Source: Phycisphaerae bacterium (lineage in GTDB: Bacteria; Planctomycetota; Phycisphaerae; UBA1845; Fen-1342). Taken from it: 64,000 bases of DNA. This document shows positions 19,841-28,366 of the stretch, piece after piece. Every line of letters starts with the position of its first letter. The first letter of the stretch is position 1. The DNA lies in the NCBI GenBank assembly GCA_963675745.2, contig CAXXWX010000027.1, positions 64,001 through 128,000 on the forward strand, given 5' to 3'. Position numbers and translations under genes: made by a program. The notes under the pieces were generated by a model that saw only the letters and a program-made list of their open reading frames with translations, was not told where the DNA came from and made no database searches.

Positions 19841-21988
19841 GTGACGCATCACAAACCGACGGGATGGAATACGTGGGATTATCGCGGGTTCAACCGGCTG
19901 AGCCTGCTCGCGCGAGGCAAGCTCGTGGTGGCGCTCCACTACGCCATCTGGGATCAGACCGCGCCCCCACCAGCGCCCGACAGCCGACAAATCGGCCGCT
20001 TACACGAGACATTTCGCTGGGAGGATGTCACTCGACTCGGCCCGCACGCGCCGCTCGGGCTGCCGGCCGAGCTCGATTTCAATGTCGTCCAAACCCCCTT
20101 CCGCGCGTCAGCCTGGTGTGTGGATGGCACTCTGCACCTGCATGTAGAGCCCCGAGCGGATACCCACCTGCGTGTTGTGTTCCTGCTCGATGCGCCGCTT
20201 GGGGAGCATCTCGAGATCGCGAGCGAACATGAGGGGCGGTTCGCAAGATGCCGGATTACACTTGAGCACGCGCGCTGGCCCGCCGACTACTTCATCAAGA
20301 CGGCACAGCCGTACGCCATCGCGCCGGCCGGCTGGGGAGCAAAGATCACGGTCGCGCCCGCGGCACGCAAGCAGGACATGGCCGCTGACTTCGATGCCCC
20401 GGGCACGTTTGAGCGCCTGCGCGAGTGCGCGCTGACCGGGCGGGGCGCGCTGGATCAGGCCCCGCAAGCCATGACCGAAGCCGTCATGTGGAACACGCTG
20501 TTTGATTCACGCCGGCGGCTGGTGTCGTCGCCCGTGAGCCGCGACTGGTGTTCTGACTGGGACGGCGTGTTGGTGTTTTGCTGGGACACCTATCTGGTCG
20601 GCGCATTCACCTCGTATGCCTCCAACCGGCTGGCCCGGCTCAACTTCGAGGCGGTAAGCCGCGCGGTCGACGAAATCGGCCACGTACCCAACTACTTCAT
20701 GGCCCACGGAGCGGCCTCGCTCGACCGTTCCATGCCGCCCATCGGTTCGTACATGGTCCTGAAAACGCAGCGAGCGAACCCCGATCTGAAGTGGCTGGGC
20801 GGCGTATACAAACAACTACGCCGCTGGCATGGATACTGGCGGACGCACCGCGACGGCAACGGCAACGGTCTGTTCAGTTGGGGCTCCAACGCCGAACCGC
20901 AATATACCTTCAAGGAAATCGAGCCGTATAACGGGCCGCCCCAACACACGAAGCAGGCCGCGCAGTACGAGTCGGGGCTGGACAACTCACCGCTGTTTGA
21001 CGAAGCGGAGTTCAACCCGCAAACCGGGACGCTTGAGCTCGATGATGTGGCCCTGAGCAGCTACTACGCACTGGATTGCGAGTGCCTGGCGACCATCGCC
21101 GACTTGCTCGGGCGCGCCCGCGACGCCCGCGCGTTTCGCGATGAGCACGCCGCGGTCGCGGAGAGAATCAACGCGCTGCTCTGGGACGATGAGCACGGCA
21201 TCTACTGCAACCGTCATTGGGATGGTCGCCTGTCGAATCGTTGGGCCCCGACGTCGTTCTTCCCGCTGATTGCCGGCGTCGCACCGCAGGCACGCGCGGA
21301 ACGCATGGTGCGCGAACATCTGCTCAACGAACGCGAGTTCTGGGGCAAGTACGTCCTGCCGTCAATCTCCCGCAGCGACCCGGCGTATCACGATAATGAC
21401 TATTGGCGCGGGCGCATCTGGGGACCATTCAACTTCCTGACATGCGAAGGTCTGCGGCGATATCGCATGGACGAGATCGCCAGCGAGCTTTCAATGCGCA
21501 GCCTGGACATATTCATGGATAACTGGCGCCGCGACGGCGGTGTCTACGAGAACTACAATTCCGAAACCGGGGCCGGTGGCGACGTCTGGAACGCCGCCCG
21601 TCTGTACCATTGGGGCGGATTGCTGGCCTTTCTCGGCATGCAGGAGCTGATTGATGTCGAACCGACCGGCGGATTTCTGCGCGTCGGGTCGCTGAAGTTC
21701 CCGGCCGGCGGATTGAGCAATGTGCGTATCAGCGGAGACCGCTATGACGTCGATCTCGGCGACGGCGTCCAGGCCCGCCGCAATGGGAGAGCATGGCTCG
21801 ATTGCAACGCACGGGCCGTCGTCCGCGTTCCGCTGAGCGACAATCCGGCCGAACCGATCCAACTCGTGACGTCCAGACCGGGCCGGCTGCTGCTCGACGG
21901 CGAGAGCGTAGCGCGGCCGATCACGGTTAACTCCGGCGGCCCCAGACCGCCCGAGCGCGTCAACGGACAGATTCGCTATGAGTGGTAG
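19841..21988 (+). CDS. (alpha/alpha)6-barrel glycoside hydrolase, GH63/trehalase-like (MGH1-like)
   Basis: FCWDT, RSMPP, RDGNGNGL, YESGLDNSP, LWD...GIY, YWRGRIW, YENYN motifs; start at GTG 19841 or ATG 19814. Confidence 0.85.
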   Translation: MTHHKPTGWNTWDYRGFNRLSLLARGKLVVALHYAIWDQTAPPPAPDSRQIGRLHETFRWEDVTRLGPHAPLGLPAELDFNVVQTPFRASAWCVDGTLHLHVEPRADTHLRVVFLLDAPLGEHLEIASEHEGRFARCRITLEHARWPADYFIKTAQPYAIAPAGWGAKITVAPAARKQDMAADFDAPGTFERLRECALTGRGALDQAPQAMTEAVMWNTLFDSRRRLVSSPVSRDWCSDWDGVLVFCWDTYLVGAFTSYASNRLARLNFEAVSRAVDEIGHVPNYFMAHGAASLDRSMPPIGSYMVLKTQRANPDLKWLGGVYKQLRRWHGYWRTHRDGNGNGLFSWGSNAEPQYTFKEIEPYNGPPQHTKQAAQYESGLDNSPLFDEAEFNPQTGTLELDDVALSSYYALDCECLATIADLLGRARDARAFRDEHAAVAERINALLWDDEHGIYCNRHWDGRLSNRWAPTSFFPLIAGVAPQARAERMVREHLLNEREFWGKYVLPSISRSDPAYHDNDYWRGRIWGPFNFLTCEGLRRYRMDEIASELSMRSLDIFMDNWRRDGGVYENYNSETGAGGDVWNAARLYHWGGLLAFLGMQELIDVEPTGGFLRVGSLKFPAGGLSNVRISGDRYDVDLGDGVQARRNGRAWLDCNARAVVRVPLSDNPAEPIQLVTSRPGRLLLDGESVARPITVNSGGPRPPERVNGQIRYEW

Positions 21989-22118
21989 CCGCGGGTAACC
22001 GGCTCACCGTGAGCGTTGGTAGTCGAAGGACAGTATGGCGGCCGCTGCCCAGCCGCCGAGATCCACCGTATCCGAACCGGCGGACCTCGTCGGCTGATCA
22101 GAGGCATGGCGCAGGGAC

Positions 22119-22149
22119 TTGACAGATTGGCGTGCAGGGTCGATATAAC
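22119..22149 (+). promoter_or_regulatory. Possible sigma-70 promoter for the membrane operon
   Basis: Perfect TTGACA and TATAAC, but with a 19-nt spacer. Confidence 0.35.
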
Positions 22150-22157
22150 GCTTCATC

Positions 22158-23150
22158 GTGCGTAAACAACGGTCTCCAGTCATGCGCGGACGTCTTGGCA
22201 CAAACGGGTCTGGAATCCTGATTGCTGTGGTTTGCGCCTGTGTCGCGCTTGCTCCATCACCGGCCCGCGCTGACAGCCCCCCCGCCACTGCCAATGACCC
22301 GACGGCAATGGCGACGCCCGACTCTCCAGCCGCTGCTGATCTGCCAGCGGATGCGGAGGAGACCACCAAGGCCTTTTGGCGGTGGCTTGTGCCGCGGATC
22401 GCCCTGCTCGCCATCATGACCGCCGTGCTGATCGGCATCTGGTTCGCTTATCGCGGCAAGACGCTGCCCATTCGCGACATCGCGGGGTTCCTCGCGCTCG
22501 ACGAGGCGGTTGAGCGCGCCACCGAGATGGGGCGGCCATCGCTGTTCACCTGCGGCGGCGCCTGCGATCTCAAACGCGTCCAACTCTTCGCGTCGATGCC
22601 GCTGCTGCGGCGCGTCGCCGAGCTCAGCGGTGAACTGGGCAACCGGTTGATCGTACCCGTGTGCTATCCGGAGACGATGTCCGTACACATCAACGCGCTC
22701 AAGGACGGCTATTCGCAGTCCGGCACAATCGAGATGTACCGCGCCGAGGATGTGCGGTTCTTTCCCGGCGGGCAATTCTTCTTCGCAATCGCATCAATGG
22801 GCTGGATGCTCGAGGAGAAACCCGCGACCTGCTTCTACTTCGGACATTGGGAGGCCGACTCGCTGCTGTTTGCTGAGACCGGCCAGACGATTAACGCGAT
22901 GCAAATCGCCGGCACCGACCAGCTTTACCAGATTCCCTTCTTTGTGGCATCGTGCGATTACACCATCATCGGCGAGGAATTCTGGGCAGGCACGGCGAAG
23001 ATCAGCGGGAACCCATACCTGCTCGGCAGTCTGGGAGCACAGGATGTATTCAAGCTGTGCGTTCTGGCATTCATCGTGATCGGATCGGCGTTATATGGCG
23101 TTCCGTGGATTGCGCGCGGACTTCAGTACGCGCAGGCCGTAATGAAATAA
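22158..23150 (+). CDS. DUF6754-like membrane protein
   Basis: IRDIAGFLALDEAVERATEMGRP, ADSLLFAETG, QIAGT...QIPFFVASCDYTIIGEEF, LGSLGAQD; family assignment from recall. Signal-like N-terminus and two TM segments. Confidence 0.75.
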   Translation: MRKQRSPVMRGRLGTNGSGILIAVVCACVALAPSPARADSPPATANDPTAMATPDSPAAADLPADAEETTKAFWRWLVPRIALLAIMTAVLIGIWFAYRGKTLPIRDIAGFLALDEAVERATEMGRPSLFTCGGACDLKRVQLFASMPLLRRVAELSGELGNRLIVPVCYPETMSVHINALKDGYSQSGTIEMYRAEDVRFFPGGQFFFAIASMGWMLEEKPATCFYFGHWEADSLLFAETGQTINAMQIAGTDQLYQIPFFVASCDYTIIGEEFWAGTAKISGNPYLLGSLGAQDVFKLCVLAFIVIGSALYGVPWIARGLQYAQAVMK

Positions 23151-23159
23151 GGTGGACGA

Positions 23160-24014
23160 ATGCGTTCACGATTGATCTGGCTGGCGATTTTTGTTGTCGC
23201 GGTCTTCTATCTCGGCGTGTACATCGTCGGGCACCAGACCGCCGCCGGCCAATACCTGCGCCTCGAGCACGCCGAGACCTCGCTCGCGCAGGCGATCAAT
23301 ATCGTCGCCACCATGGCCATCGGCCTGGGGATCATCAATCTCTTCCACGTTCACGGCAAGAATATCGCCGGTCGCAAGAAAGACTGGATGTTCTCCGTCG
23401 TGGTTTTCATAACGTTCTTCACGGTTGCCGGCTTTCTAGCCTGGGAGTCGCGCATCGACGCGACGGAGCGGGCGCTTGAGAGCCGCACCGCCGCCGCCGT
23501 CACCGAATACCGGCAGGCGTGTGAGATCGCCGACCCGGTTGAGCGTGATCGCGCCATCGGCGCTTTGCCGGCGTCGCAGATGAGTCTGGCACGAGAGTTT
23601 TACGAGCACCAGGCGGCCTATCACTTCCGCCCGCGCGAGTTCTACCTGACGAGCTTCATCAACCCCCTGGCTCAGACGGTCATGGGGCTGCTGGGGTTTT
23701 ACATTACGTACGCGGCGTATCGCGCGTTCCGGGTCCAATCGCTGGAAGCCTCAGTGATGATGGTCTCGGCCGCGATTGTGATACTGGGCAGCGACGCGAT
23801 CGGCGGCTGGTTCAGCGCCGTGTGCAACGGCGTATTCGGCGGAAACCCCATCGTCGATCTACCACGCTGGGCCGATCTCGACAACCGCGTGGCCAACTCG
23901 GGCATGCAGCGCGGACTGTGGATCGGCATCTCAATCGCGATCGTGGCGGTGAGCTTGCGCACACTGCTGGGCTTCGAGAAGGGCATGATTGAAGTTCGGC
24001 GGAGCGGAGATTGA
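23160..24014 (+). CDS. Hypothetical polytopic membrane protein (operon partner of the DUF6754-like gene)
   Basis: About 6 hydrophobic helices; PL..T..GLLGFYITYAAYRAFRVQSLEA and QRGLWIG...LRTLLGFE motifs; 9-nt gap upstream, TTGA overlap downstream. Confidence 0.85.
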   Translation: MRSRLIWLAIFVVAVFYLGVYIVGHQTAAGQYLRLEHAETSLAQAINIVATMAIGLGIINLFHVHGKNIAGRKKDWMFSVVVFITFFTVAGFLAWESRIDATERALESRTAAAVTEYRQACEIADPVERDRAIGALPASQMSLAREFYEHQAAYHFRPREFYLTSFINPLAQTVMGLLGFYITYAAYRAFRVQSLEASVMMVSAAIVILGSDAIGGWFSAVCNGVFGGNPIVDLPRWADLDNRVANSGMQRGLWIGISIAIVAVSLRTLLGFEKGMIEVRRSGD

Positions 24015-25921
24015 GCGTGTTTCAGGTGATCCGCAAACTGCAGATGATCGACCGGCGCGTGGTCTATCTGTGCATTGCGGTCGTGCTGAGCCTGCCGTTT
24101 CTGGTGTCATACAGCCTGCCGATTTACCCCGACACGTACACGCGGCGCTACTTTGACCAGATCGAAACCATCGCCAACGACCCCGTCGAGCGTGAAAAAG
24201 TCGTGCTGGTGCTGCACAACTGGGGCCCGGGCACATCCGGCGAAAACGAGCCGCAATTCGACGTGATCATTCGTCACCTGCTGCGACGAGAGCTGAGATT
24301 CATCCTGCTCTGCTCCATAGCGGACCCGGTGTTTCACGACACGGCGATTGCGGCGTTTGAAAAGGCCAAAGCCGCGGAGATAAGTCGCGCGGCGCGGGCC
24401 GGCGAGAAACCCCCGAGTTGGGAATACGGGGTGCATTACCTCGATTTCGGCTACAAGAACGCGCCGGTGTTCGCCCCACTGGCGCGCACGATCATCGCCA
24501 GCCCGCGCGAGTTCTACCGACAGGACTACGTCAAACGCAAGGATCTGACCCAGGACAGCAGCTATCCGCTGCTCGAAAGATACCACGGTTTGGAGGACGT
24601 TTCGGCGGTTCTGGTGGTCTCCGCCGGGGACGAATCGAAGTACATCGCCGGCCGGGTGCGCGGGGATTATCCCAACCTGCTGATCGGCCCGGCCACGATG
24701 GGGATCGTCGCCAACGACCTGTACCCGTACGTGAAGTCCGGGCAGATGTTCGGGCTGCTCAACTCGGCACGCGCCGCCAGTGAGTATCGCAGCCTGCTCG
24801 ACCCCGAAGCGCGCAGCACAACCAACCTCGATAACTCGATGAGCGCGGGCAAAATGCTGCTGCTCGTGCTGGTGATCGTCGGGAATCTGGCCTACCTGGC
24901 CTCGCGGCGCGCCCGGCTCTCCACCCAAACGGCCGCGATCGAGCAACCGGCACGCGCCCCGCTGCCGCCCCTCCCGGCGTGGTTCATGTGGTCCCTGTTC
25001 GCACTCTTTGCGGTCGGGTTTGGCGGCATGATCGTCGTCGATTGTGCGCGCGGCTTGAACGATGGGAAGATTACGCGGAATCGCGTGGCGCGCGCTGATG
25101 ACGATCCCACGGTCGACTACCCGGTGTATGAACGAGTCGGTGTGGAGCGGCTAACTCGCGAAGCGCAGGCCGACGCCGACCTGGCTGGTGATCGCCTTGC
25201 CGCCGAGCTGGCTGCCGCACGCGCCGAAGCAACCATGGCGACGCTGATCGAACGGCGCATCGGCGAGTTCTTCATGGCCTTCTGCACGCTGGGCGTGTTC
25301 GCCTTTGTGCTCGGCGACAATCGCTTCTACCGATTCATCGAGGCGATTATCGTCGGCGGCGCCATGGCCTACCTGCTGGACCAGTGGGACAAGATCATCC
25401 AGCCGGACTGGATCGAGCCCATCTGGCACGGGATAACCGGGGCGGCTCACTGGACAAACATCTTCTGGGTGTTGCTGGCGCTGCCGGGCATCCTGTGGTA
25501 CTTCGCGTACTCGAAGAAACACCGTTGGCTCAACCAACTGATTGTTGCGGCCTTCCTCGGTGCCGCCATCGGCCCCGAGTTCGAGAACCAGATCAACCTC
25601 GTCGTGCCGCAAATCCTCGATTCGATCCAGCCAATCTGGCCTTGGGGACCGGACCCAATCACCGGGACCGACAGCTTTCGCCCCGAACGTGTCGAGCACC
25701 TCTGCTTTCTGATCGTCATGGTGCTGTCACTCACCTATTTCATCTTCTTCTTCCGCCCCAAGGGGCGGGCCGGTAATTCGGTGCTCGCCGCGGGCCGGTT
25801 GGCAATGATGGTCGGGTTTGGCGCGATGTTCGGAAACACGGTCAATACACGGCTATCCTGGCTCGCGCCGCGCTTCGCTTTCTTGTGGGATGACTGGCTG
25901 GGCAAGCTGGGCGGCGCCTAG
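24011..25921 (+). CDS. Hypothetical membrane protein, probable fusion of two subunits
   Basis: N-half: IDRRVVYL, TM, soluble domain, LYPYVKSGQMFGLL..AASEY, TM. C-half: FVLGDNRFYRFIEAIIVG...MMVGFGAMFGNTVNTRL, multi-TM. TTG start overlaps the previous stop. Confidence 0.85.
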   Translation: MSVFQVIRKLQMIDRRVVYLCIAVVLSLPFLVSYSLPIYPDTYTRRYFDQIETIANDPVEREKVVLVLHNWGPGTSGENEPQFDVIIRHLLRRELRFILLCSIADPVFHDTAIAAFEKAKAAEISRAARAGEKPPSWEYGVHYLDFGYKNAPVFAPLARTIIASPREFYRQDYVKRKDLTQDSSYPLLERYHGLEDVSAVLVVSAGDESKYIAGRVRGDYPNLLIGPATMGIVANDLYPYVKSGQMFGLLNSARAASEYRSLLDPEARSTTNLDNSMSAGKMLLLVLVIVGNLAYLASRRARLSTQTAAIEQPARAPLPPLPAWFMWSLFALFAVGFGGMIVVDCARGLNDGKITRNRVARADDDPTVDYPVYERVGVERLTREAQADADLAGDRLAAELAAARAEATMATLIERRIGEFFMAFCTLGVFAFVLGDNRFYRFIEAIIVGGAMAYLLDQWDKIIQPDWIEPIWHGITGAAHWTNIFWVLLALPGILWYFAYSKKHRWLNQLIVAAFLGAAIGPEFENQINLVVPQILDSIQPIWPWGPDPITGTDSFRPERVEHLCFLIVMVLSLTYFIFFFRPKGRAGNSVLAAGRLAMMVGFGAMFGNTVNTRLSWLAPRFAFLWDDWLGKLGGA

Positions 25922-26014
25922 GCAAAGCCCCGGCTTTCCACTGAACGCACTTGTCGCCACTACCGGCGGTTTCCCATACTTCACATACGCCGCGCCTGAT
26001 CGACAGACGCGGCG

Positions 26015-26479
26015 GTGTGGGTCAAAGGGAGCGTCAGCGTGCCAGGTAAACCATGCGAGTCAGTTGCCAATACGGCGGAGTTGGATGGGCTGAGTGCTGA
26101 GATTCTCGCACGATTACGCAGCACCAAAGGCCCCGCCCCCCTCACACGCCCCCGTTTCTGGCCACGCCATGGTTGGCGCGTGGGGTTGCGTATCCGGGTC
26201 GCCCCGATACGCGGCGTCAACCAGCACCTCATCCAGCAGTTGACTGTTGACACAATAGACATGAGCGCCGGAGGTCTTTCGTTTCGCACGCGGCACCCAC
26301 TGGTTACCGGACAACCGGTGGAAGTCGAGTTACCGGTCGCCGGTCACGTGGTCGTGGATGGCGTGGTGCGAAACTGCACGCGTGTGCGTCAAGACCAATA
26401 TCGTGTTGGCGTCGAATTCACCGAGGCTGCCAGCGACGCGCGCGTGGTGACCGCCGAATCCCCGGAATCCGCGAGGTAG
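26015..26479 (+). CDS. PilZ-domain protein
   Basis: RFWPR (RxxxR) and DMSAGG (DxSxxG), YRVGVEF; start uncertain. Confidence 0.8.
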   Translation: MWVKGSVSVPGKPCESVANTAELDGLSAEILARLRSTKGPAPLTRPRFWPRHGWRVGLRIRVAPIRGVNQHLIQQLTVDTIDMSAGGLSFRTRHPLVTGQPVEVELPVAGHVVVDGVVRNCTRVRQDQYRVGVEFTEAASDARVVTAESPESAR

Positions 26480-26562
26480 GCTTGTCGGCGCACGAATTGC
26501 TTTGAACGCTATATACCGGGACAGATGGCCGCGATCGCGTGTAAACCGGAGGGTCTGATGCC

Positions 26563-26961
26563 ATGCCTGATTCAGTGGGCCCAGTACGCAATGACCGGCA
26601 CACGCAGGAGACCGATATGGCGCGTCTGCTGGAGGCGATGCGCGAGCGCATGGTCGGGGCGTACGCCCGCGACACCCGCGCGGACAAGCGTCACGCGTGG
26701 CGGGTCAAGGCGGTTGTCGAAACGCAGGAACACGGCCGCGACGGCCGCCCCTTGCGTCGCGCCGAGGCGCCGACGCTCGACATCAGTGAGCACGGCGTCG
26801 CCTACCATTCAGCCCGGCCAATCGCCAGCGGCACAACCATTTTCGTGACGCTGCCGCTGCCGGGTAAGCCGCGTATCGAGGGCATCGTGCGCCACTGCAC
26901 ACACGTGCGCGGCTCGACACACCATGTCGGCGTGGAGTTTGTGAACACCCCCGCCAGTTGA
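26563..26961 (+). CDS. PilZ-domain protein
   Basis: RADKR (RxxxR), DISEHG (DxSxxG), HHVGVEF; GGAGG upstream. Confidence 0.82.
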   Translation: MPDSVGPVRNDRHTQETDMARLLEAMRERMVGAYARDTRADKRHAWRVKAVVETQEHGRDGRPLRRAEAPTLDISEHGVAYHSARPIASGTTIFVTLPLPGKPRIEGIVRHCTHVRGSTHHVGVEFVNTPAS

Positions 26962-26996
26962 TGCTTGGCGCGCTGCGGCCGGTTGCCGTTACGAAC

Positions 26997-27350
26997 CTAT
27001 GAGCGCCGGCGGTTACGCAGGATCCGTCTGGCACGCCGCCGAGCAGCCGCGCGTCGCTGCCGCTTGCGTGCCAGATGCTCGGCGCGTGCGGCGTCCAGTT
27101 GTTCGATGCGCAGCACCAGCCTCTCAATGTTGTCAGCCTCGCGCATGAACGCGGCCAACTCGGTTACGTCCAACCTCACCAGCGGGGTGATCAGTGGCTG
27201 AAACGCAAGCGTCGCGTGGGCGCCGAGCCCCGCCAGCGGCTTGTGGGCCTCGAGCAGGAACACGGCGGCGGTGCCCAGGCCGCGATGGACGATCCTGCGA
27301 GCCCAGGACTCGACAAGCTCGTCACGCCGTTCGTCACTCAGCTCAAACAC
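26997..27350 (-). CDS. Conserved hypothetical small helical protein
   Basis: ERRDELVESWARRIV...AVFLLEAHKPL...QP...NIERLVLRIEQ; protein-like amphipathic composition; co-directional with the upstream genes. Confidence 0.75.
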   Translation of the reverse strand: MFELSDERRDELVESWARRIVHRGLGTAAVFLLEAHKPLAGLGAHATLAFQPLITPLVRLDVTELAAFMREADNIERLVLRIEQLDAARAEHLARKRQRRAAARRRARRILRNRRRS

Positions 27351-27411
27351 GCCGAAGGGCCAACCAACTCAATGCGCACAGCGCGAAGGTGAAGGCGCGC
27401 GGTTGTCACGG

Positions 27412-28140
27412 TTACGCCGTGCCGTCCGGAACGGCCAGGCCGCGCACGCGCATGGCCGCGATGATCACCGCAACAGCGTCATCGACACTGTAGTTCCTCA
27501 GGCTGATGATCAGGTCATGGCGCGCCGGGTCGCCGGCCGACACGCCGAATTGATTACGGATGTACTCTTCGCGGTCCCCCTGGATACGGTTAATCTCGTC
27601 TTCCGCCCGCTCGGGTGAGCACTGCGCGCGGGCGGCAACGTTGCGCACACATTGCTCGCGCGGGGCGATAATCCGCACACGCAGGCCGCGAGTTGCCGGG
27701 AGTATCAGATCGGCTCCGCGCCCGAGAAACACGGCCGGTCCCTGTCGCGCGATCGCCAGCACCGCCTCCGACAAACGATGGAAGTAGTCGTGGCGCGGCA
27801 TCTTGCCGTGGAGAATCCAGCGCAACGCCTCCTCGATCCAGCTCGTGTCGCGCTCGTCCATGTGCTCGTAGAGGCGCTTGCGCACGGCATCGTCCCCGGC
27901 CATGCTCTGAAGAATCTCACGATCGAACACCGGCCAGCCCAGGCGGGCCGCCAGCGCTCTCGCAACGGCTCCCCCACCCGATCCCACAAGCCGCGAGACG
28001 GCGACGAAGTCCGCCACCTCGGGGGCCGGCTTGCCCGCGGCCGGCGCGACCTTCTGCGTGCGGGCCAGTTCCCAGTTGCGCATCTGGCGCTCAACAACTT
28101 TGGCCAGTTCACCGCGATTGCCAGCGTGGCCGGTAGCCAT
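27412..28140 (-). CDS. Cytidylate kinase-like family protein (Cytidylate_kin2)
   Basis: VSRLVGSGG..VARALAARLGWPVFDREIL, VFLGRGA, HDLII; GGAGGT SD. Confidence 0.88.
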   Translation of the reverse strand: MATGHAGNRGELAKVVERQMRNWELARTQKVAPAAGKPAPEVADFVAVSRLVGSGGGAVARALAARLGWPVFDREILQSMAGDDAVRKRLYEHMDERDTSWIEEALRWILHGKMPRHDYFHRLSEAVLAIARQGPAVFLGRGADLILPATRGLRVRIIAPREQCVRNVAARAQCSPERAEDEINRIQGDREEYIRNQFGVSAGDPARHDLIISLRNYSVDDAVAVIIAAMRVRGLAVPDGTA

Positions 28141-28366
28141 GGGTCACCTCCGGGTGGGAGTATAGCGGGTCGCCATGAAAAGGGCAGCGTGCGCCGCGCG
28201 GACAGATCGGCGGATACCCCGGATCGCCGGCACGGTCGTGCCCTCCATGTGCCTGAGTCCACGCGCGCAAAACCGCCGCTTTGGGCAACAAAGCGGCGGC
28301 GCGCCGATTGTGGTGAATGGGGCAGCGGTCGCACGGGAGCCGGCGGCACGCCGCGGTAATCGCTGA

